Source: Promethearchaeota archaeon
GTDB lineage: Archaea > Asgardarchaeota > Lokiarchaeia > Sigyniarchaeales > SOKP01
Direction: 5' to 3'
Assembly: GCA_019058015.1 (NCBI GenBank)
Contig: JAHLWH010000155.1
Span: 1 to 16,463, forward strand
Length of the DNA: 16,463 nt
Shown: piece by piece, positions 7,745 to 14,252 of the stretch
Layout of the letters: each line of letters opens with the position of its first letter
Position numbering within the stretch: position 1 is the stretch's first letter
Translations under genes and position numbers: made by a program
Notes under the pieces: model-generated
Seen by the model: the letters and a program-made list of their open reading frames with translations, nothing else
What the model was told of the DNA's origin: nothing
Databases searched by the model: none

Positions 7745-9141
7745 TGGGTGGTCTTTTTGGAGTCTTTTCAAATAGTGATTGTATAGAGGATCTTTTTTAC
7801 GGGACTGATTATCATTCCCATTTAGGAACCAGAAGAGGCGGATTGACCGTAAAAAACTCTGGTGGATTTCAAAGATATATTAAGGATATCACAACAACTC
7901 AATTCAGGTCGAAATTCGAGGATGATATCAAGAAAATGCACGGAAATAAAGGTATCGGAGTGATCAGTGATTATGATGATCAACCCTTGATAATCGGCTC
8001 ACGTTTAGGCGTATTCGCCATTGCTACAGTTGGTAGAATTAACAATTTGGAAAAGCTAGCAGAAGAAGTATTAAAGAATGGATCACATTTCTCAGAAATG
8101 CATGGAGGGGAAATCAACCCCACGGAAATGGTCGCAACTATAATTAGCCAAGGTTCTACCTATGAAGAAGGAATTCAGAAAGTCCTCGATATGATTGATG
8201 GTTCTTGTACTATGCTTATATTAACGGATGAAGGTATTTATGCGGTACGAGATAAACTTGGTAGAACACCTCTCATTATAGGAGAAAAATTAGGATCTTA
8301 TGCCGTTGCAATGGAAACTTGTGCATTCCCAAATATCGAGTATAAAATAACAAAATACCTTGGACCAGGTGAAGTAATTTTCATAAGTGAGAAAGGTCTT
8401 GAACAGAAAATCGCACCTGGTGACCGGATGCAAATTTGTGCTTTCTTATGGGTATATTATGGATATCCAGCATCTAATTATGAGGGTATTAATGTTGAAG
8501 TTGTTCGTTACAAATGCGGTTCTTACTTGGCAAAGAAAGATGATGTGGAAATTGATCTCGTAGCGGGTATCCCGGATTCTGGAACACCGCATGGCTTGGG
8601 TTATGCTAGTGAAGCAAAAACTCCTTTCTCACGACCATTTGTAAAATACACCCCAACCTGGCCACGGAGTTTCATGCCTCAAGATCAATCCATTAGAGAA
8701 CTCGTTGCGAAGATGAAACTCATCCCGATTAAAGAACTCATTGATGGTAAGCGTCTACTTTTCTGTGAAGACTCAATCGTGAGAGGAACGCAACTTAGAG
8801 ATACAATTCAAAGGCTGTACAATTCTGGGGCTAAGGAAGTTCACATGCGACCAGCATGCCCTCCGCTTATTTATAGCTGCAAATTCCTTAATTTCTCCCG
8901 CTCTCGTTCTGAATTAGATTTAGCAGGACGCTGGGGCATAAGAGAACTAATTGGAAAGGATATCGACGATCCTGCCGAATATATCGACCCTGAGTCTGAT
9001 AATTATAAAGCCATGGTTGATGTTATACGTAAAAGGTTGCAGTTGACAACGTTAAAATACCAGAGACTTGAAGACCTAGTTAAAGCTATTGGTCTACCCA
9101 AGGAAAAACTGTGTACGTATTGCTGGGATGGCGTAGAATAG
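7744..9141 (+). CDS. purF: Atypical amidophosphoribosyltransferase (PurF-like) lacking the catalytic N-terminal Cys
   Basis: The PRTase domain is intact (GIPDSG, FCEDSIVRGTQ, EVHMRPACPP, LCTYCW) and RDKLGRTPL is present. The N-terminus is MGGLFG rather than CG(I/V)FG. ATG 7744 overlaps the purL stop (TGATG). Confidence 0.88.
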   Translation: MGGLFGVFSNSDCIEDLFYGTDYHSHLGTRRGGLTVKNSGGFQRYIKDITTTQFRSKFEDDIKKMHGNKGIGVISDYDDQPLIIGSRLGVFAIATVGRINNLEKLAEEVLKNGSHFSEMHGGEINPTEMVATIISQGSTYEEGIQKVLDMIDGSCTMLILTDEGIYAVRDKLGRTPLIIGEKLGSYAVAMETCAFPNIEYKITKYLGPGEVIFISEKGLEQKIAPGDRMQICAFLWVYYGYPASNYEGINVEVVRYKCGSYLAKKDDVEIDLVAGIPDSGTPHGLGYASEAKTPFSRPFVKYTPTWPRSFMPQDQSIRELVAKMKLIPIKELIDGKRLLFCEDSIVRGTQLRDTIQRLYNSGAKEVHMRPACPPLIYSCKFLNFSRSRSELDLAGRWGIRELIGKDIDDPAEYIDPESDNYKAMVDVIRKRLQLTTLKYQRLEDLVKAIGLPKEKLCTYCWDGVE

Positions 9142-9143
9142 TT

Positions 9144-9331
9144 GTTAAAGAATTCCAAGCATTAACTGAAAATTTTGATATTCCATCAAAAAAATTGGAG
9201 TTATTATTAATTAAAAAGAAATTTAAGTTAAGATTCTTAATGAAATTTTTAATTTGGATATTATCAACACAAAAAATTTATACTATTCAACATTTCCTAG
9301 AATAATGGAAGAAGCAAATTCGAAAATATGA
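9144..9331 (+). pseudogene. purL: Degenerate relic of a purL 3' end (about 62 codons, one frameshift, two TAA stops)
   Basis: With one A restored in the A7 run at 9188-9194 it reads VKEFQALTENFDIPSKKIGVIIN*KEI*VKILNEIFNLDIINTKNLYYSTFPRIMEEANSKI*. This aligns without gaps to the PurL C-terminus (7565-7744), with 31 of 56 residues identical by hand count. Confidence 0.88.
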
Positions 9332-10914
9332 GTAGTTTAAATTATTATTCAAATTGTTTTAAAAATTGCAACTCTTGTTCAAAAGATAATTTTTTTAATA
9401 AAGATTTTAATACAAAACTTCTTTATTCCTCTCCCTTAATGATTAATAAACCTCGAGATCATTGCGGAGTTTTCGGTATTTCAACACCAGATATGGAATA
9501 TAACATTGCTCATGAGTTATATTTAGGGCTAATGGGTGTTCAACATAGAGGTCAAGAAGCAGTTGGCATCTCTATTGTAAATGGACATAATAAAATTCAT
9601 TCTTATAAAAGTCGTGGATTGGCTGCGCAATCTTTAAATCAGGAACTTTTAAAACAATATTGGGGAAATGCTGGAATCGGTCATGTGAGATATGGCACAA
9701 CTGAAACTTCGAATATTCTTTTTGCTCAGCCGTACCAATTTTGTTCTAACCAGATTGAATATTCTTTTGGTTTCAATGGCACTATTGCAAACTATATGAA
9801 ATTAAAGAAGCAATTAGGTGAAAAAGGAATAATAATCAATAGTAATAGTGATACTGAAGTAGTTGCAAATTTATTTGCTTCTTTAAGTATTGGTACTAAA
9901 GATTGGATTGAAATCTTTAGAATTGCTGCAAAATTTCTCGATGGATCTTATTCTCTCACTTTATTAACGCCAGAGGGCGATATTTATGCTGTAAGAGATC
10001 CGTATGGATTTAAACCTTTATGTTATGGAGTAGTTGATGATGATAATCGAATTAAAAATGTTGTAGCATCAGAAAGTTGCGCAATAGATGCTGTTAATGG
10101 CAAATTAATTGATGATGTAAAACCAGGACAAATTGTTCATTTTGAACCTACAGGTAATATTAATAAGGAAACCTTTGCGAATTCAAAAAGAACAGCATTA
10201 TGCCAATTTGAATTTGTTTATTTCGCACGACCTGATTCGATAGTTGATGGAGTTCCTGTAAATAAAGCAAGAGAAAATTTAGGCATAAATTTAGCAAAAG
10301 AACACCCTTGTGATTTATATAATACTATTATTGTTCCAGTTCCTGATTCTGGGAGAAGTGCTGCATCAGGATATGCTAAAGAATCTGGATTTCCTTATGA
10401 AGAAGGTTTAATGAAGAATAGATATGTTTGGCGAACTTTTATTATGCCTGGTCAAAAGAATCGTGAGAACGCAGTTTCTGAGAAATTAAACCCCATTAGA
10501 TCAATCATAAGTGGAAAAAACGTAGTCTTAGTTGATGATTCCATTGTAAGAGGGACAACAATGGCTCAAATAGTATCACTTCTTAGAAAAGGCGGAGCAA
10601 AATCAGTTCATGTGCGAATCTCCGCACCGCCAATAAAAGCAGCATGTTATATGGGGATTGATTTTCCTTCTTCCTCTGAGCTATTGGCTGGACGGATGGA
10701 ACTTATAGATAAAGATAATTGGATAGATCTTGTTCGACAAAAAATTGGAGCCGACTCATTAAATTATCAAAGTATTGATGGTCTGGTAAGAGCAATAGGA
10801 TTAAGGAAGAATCAACTTTGTTTAGCATGTTTAAATGAAGAATATGTAATTAAGAGTGCTTCAGAATTGCAAAATTTAGAGAAATACTTTGTGAGATCGC
10901 GTGATCGGATATAA
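9328..10914 (+). CDS. purF: Amidophosphoribosyltransferase, canonical Fe-S/propeptide type
   Basis: KPRDH/CGVFG cleavage site, QHRGQE, GHVRYGT, FNG, SDTE, RDPYGFKPL, CQFEFVYFARPDS, VPDSG, VDDSIVRGTT, CYMGID, LCLAC. ATG 9439 is an alternative start. Confidence 0.97.
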   Translation: MSSLNYYSNCFKNCNSCSKDNFFNKDFNTKLLYSSPLMINKPRDHCGVFGISTPDMEYNIAHELYLGLMGVQHRGQEAVGISIVNGHNKIHSYKSRGLAAQSLNQELLKQYWGNAGIGHVRYGTTETSNILFAQPYQFCSNQIEYSFGFNGTIANYMKLKKQLGEKGIIINSNSDTEVVANLFASLSIGTKDWIEIFRIAAKFLDGSYSLTLLTPEGDIYAVRDPYGFKPLCYGVVDDDNRIKNVVASESCAIDAVNGKLIDDVKPGQIVHFEPTGNINKETFANSKRTALCQFEFVYFARPDSIVDGVPVNKARENLGINLAKEHPCDLYNTIIVPVPDSGRSAASGYAKESGFPYEEGLMKNRYVWRTFIMPGQKNRENAVSEKLNPIRSIISGKNVVLVDDSIVRGTTMAQIVSLLRKGGAKSVHVRISAPPIKAACYMGIDFPSSSELLAGRMELIDKDNWIDLVRQKIGADSLNYQSIDGLVRAIGLRKNQLCLACLNEEYVIKSASELQNLEKYFVRSRDRI

Positions 10915-11020
10915 AGATAATTCATTATATTAATTTAAAAATAATTGGAAAAAAAATATAAATTATCCATCTATTTAATAATTAGGACTAATAAAAATTA
11001 AGTCTGGGTTGAGTTTGGTT

Positions 11021-11215
11021 ATGAGTTTCATAATGGTAAGAGTATGTCATAGATGTAAGGAATATGTAGTTATTAACCCATCTAACCCATCTAATCAACA
11101 AATAATTAAGAAATTTGAATTAAAACATACAAGACATGCAATTGTATCGCTCTCAATTTCGGAAGTAAAAGGCTATTATGAAAATGTCGGAAAAAAATTA
11201 TTAGAAGAACAATAA
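11021..11215 (+). CDS. Small hypothetical protein, putative C2H2-type zinc binder
   Basis: CHRC-x23-HTRH; followed by a T-rich tract. Start is uncertain (TTG 11009, ATG 11021 or ATG 11033). Confidence 0.7.
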   Translation: MSFIMVRVCHRCKEYVVINPSNPSNQQIIKKFELKHTRHAIVSLSISEVKGYYENVGKKLLEEQ

Positions 11216-11216
11216 C

Positions 11217-11246
11217 TCTTTTTCTTTTAAGTTTTTTTTGATTTTT
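11217..11246 (+). terminator. Putative oligo-T terminator after the small zinc-binding ORF
   Basis: TCTTTTTCTTTTAAGTTTTTTTTGATTTTT immediately after the stop codon. Confidence 0.45.
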
Positions 11247-11260
11247 AATAAACTCAATTC

Positions 11261-11280
11261 GATATTATCTAGATAATATC
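11261..11280. promoter_or_regulatory. Perfect 20-bp palindrome, candidate operator upstream of the RHH gene
   Basis: GATATTATCTAGATAATATC is its own reverse complement. An extra half-site GATATTAT lies at 11294-11301 and a TATA-like TTTATATT at 11307-11314. Confidence 0.6.
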
Positions 11281-11343
11281 CTATTTTTAATTTGATATTA
11301 TAGGAGTTTATATTAAAAAAATATGTAGGTGTAGTTAAAAAAA

Positions 11344-11505
11344 GTGAAGCTAATAACGGTTCATGTTCCAGAAATTTATATACGTGGAATTGAAGAATTG
11401 GTAAACTCTAACGTTTATCCAAATAGATCAGAAGTTATCCGTGTAGCAATTAGAGATTTACTGAAAAGTGAATTAGGATCCCTAGTTGCTATTTCCTCAC
11501 AATAA
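11344..11505 (+). CDS. Ribbon-helix-helix (CopG/Arc/MetJ) transcriptional regulator, CdrS-like, 53 aa
   Basis: Hand translation from GTG gives MKLITVHVPEIYIRGIEELVNSNVYPNRSEVIRVAIRDLLKSELGSLVAISSQ*. It has an alternating beta strand plus the YPNRSEVIRxAIRDLL motif, and AGGTG lies upstream. Below the ORF-track length cutoff. Confidence 0.9.
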   Translation: MKLITVHVPEIYIRGIEELVNSNVYPNRSEVIRVAIRDLLKSELGSLVAISSQ

Positions 11506-11612
11506 TCTCTTATTTTTTTTATTGTTTTAGGCGTTGCTAAATAAATTTAACTTAATAATAAAAATATGCAAATAGATTTCTAAATATTAAATATATCTTT
11601 ATCTTGTTATAA

Positions 11613-12194
11613 ATGTTATTTAGAGTGAAAAAATTTTCAGAAAAGCTTCTACTTCCTTTAGGTACAAAGTTATCAAAGATTTCAGCAAATTACATTAGTA
11701 TTTGTGGTTTTATTTCTGCAATTTTAGTATTTATAGGATTCTCTTTTAAATGGATTTTATTAGATATTATATTTCTCTGTTTTATCTTTTTAATTGATCA
11801 ACTAGACGGTGTAATCGCTCGACTCCAAGGAGCTACAAAATTCGGAGGATTTTTAGATTCAACATTAGATCGATATTCAGATATATTGATCTTTGTTGGA
11901 ATTATACTTGGAGAATATACTGAGATAATAATTGGATTTATTGTTATTTTCGGTGCATTCTTAACCTCGTATACTAGAGCGAAAATAGAAGCTCTGGGTA
12001 TTGTAAGTTTAAGTGGTGTGGGGTTATTGGAACGGACAGACAGGATTCCAATACTTATTATTGGAACAATAATACAAATCTGGATCCCATTTGCTATTTG
12101 GTGGACAATGGTAATATTAGCAATTGGAACTCACCTAACTGCAATTCAACGATTTATTTTTGCATATAAAAATTTATCTCATAAATCAGAGTAG
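11613..12194 (+). CDS. CDP-alcohol phosphatidyltransferase (archaetidylinositol-phosphate synthase/PgsA-like)
   Basis: Signature DQLDGVIAR...GGFLDSTLDRYSD, plus SYTRAKIEALG, VGLLERTDR, TAIQRF; several hydrophobic helices. Confidence 0.92.
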   Translation: MLFRVKKFSEKLLLPLGTKLSKISANYISICGFISAILVFIGFSFKWILLDIIFLCFIFLIDQLDGVIARLQGATKFGGFLDSTLDRYSDILIFVGIILGEYTEIIIGFIVIFGAFLTSYTRAKIEALGIVSLSGVGLLERTDRIPILIIGTIIQIWIPFAIWWTMVILAIGTHLTAIQRFIFAYKNLSHKSE

Positions 12195-12216
12195 ATTTTT
12201 AAATGTATCTCCTTTA

Positions 12217-13044
12217 TTACATTTTATCTTTTAAAGTATCTATTACCTTTAAGATTTTTTCTCGAAACCAATGTTCGTCTGGTTCCTTGTGTTGAGTACT
12301 AATAAAATTTATTACGGAAGAAAACAATGGAAAGTAAAAATTTGTTATGGAATACTTAATTCTATCGAGTTCAAAAGGGATTTTTCCGTTTTCATCATAA
12401 TAATTCTTTGAAAAACTACAGTTCAATGTGTTTATATTATTTCTCCATTGATGACCTAAAATTCTATAAATATTAACATCATTTTTAATCTTCCGTAAGG
12501 GTTGTACCAATTCAATCTGATGCTTTTTTAATAAGGATTTGTACAAATCTAAAATCTCAGAAATTTGATTCAACTTTTCAACGGAATTATGAGACTCCCT
12601 TTCACCTGTTATGATTTTTTGAATATTATAAAAATTTGCTATAGGAATTCTCATCATATGAAGAAATAAATGACATGCTGGACATGGGGTAAAATATCCG
12701 AAATATTTTTGAACTATAGCAATATTTTGTAAAATTAATTGTTCAAATAAATTTCCGACATCGAGATAAATAAAGGGCATGAAATCTAATTTTTTTGATA
12801 AATACAACTTTACTAGATAATCGAAATTTTCCCATGGTTCATTTTTATTACCATATAAAACCCGATGATACAAACTAATTCCTAGCAATGACTTTACTTC
12901 GTTCTCCTTAAATAATTGAATCACTGCAGCAATACTGTCTTTTCCTGCAATTTCGGCAATAAATCGATTTGAATTAACATCAAGTAGAATTGGAGGATTT
13001 TTAAAGAAATCTACATATTTTATTATTTGTATTTTAGTGGGTAT
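12217..13044 (-). CDS. Uncharacterised PP-loop (adenine nucleotide alpha-hydrolase-like) protein with a CxxCH motif; probable non-canonical start
   Basis: The frame stays open upstream of the listed GTG (12924) as far as TAG at 13066-13068, and encodes FIAEIAGKDSIAA (PP-loop-like). Downstream it has TPCPACHL, IITGERESH, QPLR and CSF. ATA at 13044 lies 7 nt after GGTG. Confidence 0.7.
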   Translation of the reverse strand: MPTKIQIIKYVDFFKNPPILLDVNSNRFIAEIAGKDSIAAVIQLFKENEVKSLLGISLYHRVLYGNKNEPWENFDYLVKLYLSKKLDFMPFIYLDVGNLFEQLILQNIAIVQKYFGYFTPCPACHLFLHMMRIPIANFYNIQKIITGERESHNSVEKLNQISEILDLYKSLLKKHQIELVQPLRKIKNDVNIYRILGHQWRNNINTLNCSFSKNYYDENGKIPFELDRIKYSITNFYFPLFSSVINFISTQHKEPDEHWFREKILKVIDTLKDKM

Positions 13045-13068
13045 GTTGATGCACCATAAATTAGGCTA

Positions 13069-13086
13069 TAACAAAAATTTTTGTTA
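13069..13086. promoter_or_regulatory. 18-bp palindrome in the divergent PP-loop/mch intergenic region
   Basis: TAACAAAAATTTTTGTTA is self-complementary. A related dyad TCAAAAA-TAT-TTTTTGA lies at 13107-13123. Confidence 0.35.
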
Positions 13087-13204
13087 ATTTAATAGTTAAT
13101 TCCTAGTCAAAAATATTTTTTGATTTTCTATTTATTTATAAATTAATAATTATTTATTTTCAAAATAAATTAATAAATACTTAAAAAATCAAGAAAATGT
13201 TATA

Positions 13205-13211
13205 AAGGTGA
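13205..13211 (+). promoter_or_regulatory. Shine-Dalgarno site of mch
   Basis: AAGGTGA ends 9 nt before ATG 13221. Confidence 0.6.
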
Positions 13212-13220
13212 GATAAATAA

Positions 13221-14219
13221 ATGGCATTTTTGAGTGTAAATAAATTAGCATTAGAGATTGTAAAAAAAGTTATTTCAAAAAAGGAAATATTGAATATTTC
13301 AGTTGAAACTTTGTCAAATGGCGCCACAGTATTAGATTTTAGTAAAGGATCTTATGGGGCTGGTAAATTCTTATCTGAAATTTGTCTAGGAGGTCTTGGA
13401 ATTGTCAAATTTACAAATTATATGCTGGATAAACATTATATTCCTGCTGTTACTGTCAATACTTCTGAGCCAATAATTTCTTGCATGGCATCTCAATTCG
13501 CAGGGTGGAATGTAAAACTAAAAAAAGAAGTGGAAATTGATGGTGAAATCAAAAAGAAGAAGGTTTTTGAATCTTTAGGTTCTGGTCCCGCTAGAGCGCT
13601 GTCACGAGTTGAAAAAGATTTATATGAAGAATTGGGGTATAAAGATGATGCCGATTGTGCAATTTTAGTATTTGAAACAGCAAAATTACCCAATGAGGAA
13701 GTAATGGAATTAATAGCTAAAAAATGCGGAGTAAGCCCCAGTAATGCTTATGCATGTTGCGCACCCACAGCATGTTTGTGTGGCTCAATTCAAATAGCAT
13801 CAAGAATTGTAGAAACGGGTATTCATAAACTGCATGAGTTACATTTTCCGTTAGATGTGATTAAATATGGTTTTGGAACGACCACAATTGCCCCAATTGC
13901 AAAAGATGATTTAAAAGCAATGGGAGTTACTAACGACTCATTAATTGCAACTGGAAGTGTATATTATACAATTGAAGCTGACAAAGAAAAACAAGAAGAA
14001 TTGTGGGAACTTGTTAAAAAAGCACCCTCAAACACATCTTCCAGCTATGGAAAACCTTTCATTGAAACCTTTAAAGAAGTCGACTATAAATTCTATGATA
14101 TTGACCCAGGACTTTTCGCTCCAGCATTATTTACTGTAAATAATTCAAAAACCGGGAAGATAATATCGGCTGGAGCTATAAATAACGACCTTCTTAAATT
14201 ATCTTATGGTTTATCTTAA
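13221..14219 (+). CDS. mch: Methenyltetrahydromethanopterin cyclohydrolase
   Basis: LSVNKLA, LSNGATVLD, EICLGGLG, CMASQFAGW, LGSGPARAL, APTA..GSIQIASRIVETGIHK, MGVTND, PS..S..YGKPF, FYDIDPGLFAPA. Confidence 0.96.
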   Translation: MAFLSVNKLALEIVKKVISKKEILNISVETLSNGATVLDFSKGSYGAGKFLSEICLGGLGIVKFTNYMLDKHYIPAVTVNTSEPIISCMASQFAGWNVKLKKEVEIDGEIKKKKVFESLGSGPARALSRVEKDLYEELGYKDDADCAILVFETAKLPNEEVMELIAKKCGVSPSNAYACCAPTACLCGSIQIASRIVETGIHKLHELHFPLDVIKYGFGTTTIAPIAKDDLKAMGVTNDSLIATGSVYYTIEADKEKQEELWELVKKAPSNTSSSYGKPFIETFKEVDYKFYDIDPGLFAPALFTVNNSKTGKIISAGAINNDLLKLSYGLS

Positions 14220-14220
14220 A

Positions 14221-14249
14221 TTTCTATTTTTTATTTTCTTTTTTCCTTT
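14221..14249 (+). terminator. Oligo-T terminator region after mch
   Basis: TTTCTATTTTTTATTTTCTTTTTTCCTTT immediately after the stop, between convergent genes. Confidence 0.5.
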
Positions 14250-14252
14250 ATA

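Noticed and set aside
9111-9305. 64-aa + strand ORF in the track
   Set aside because: It overlaps the purF-like end. Its middle is the first frame of the purL relic and the rest is out-of-frame relic sequence, so it is not an independent gene.
7565-9331. Transposon or integrative element with a target-site duplication around the atypical purF
   Set aside because: No transposase, integrase or terminal inverted repeats were seen, and the two purL-tail copies are long and strongly diverged.
13493-14139. ORFs 13493-13693 (-) and 13945-14139 (+)
   Set aside because: Nested in mch with no recognisable features.
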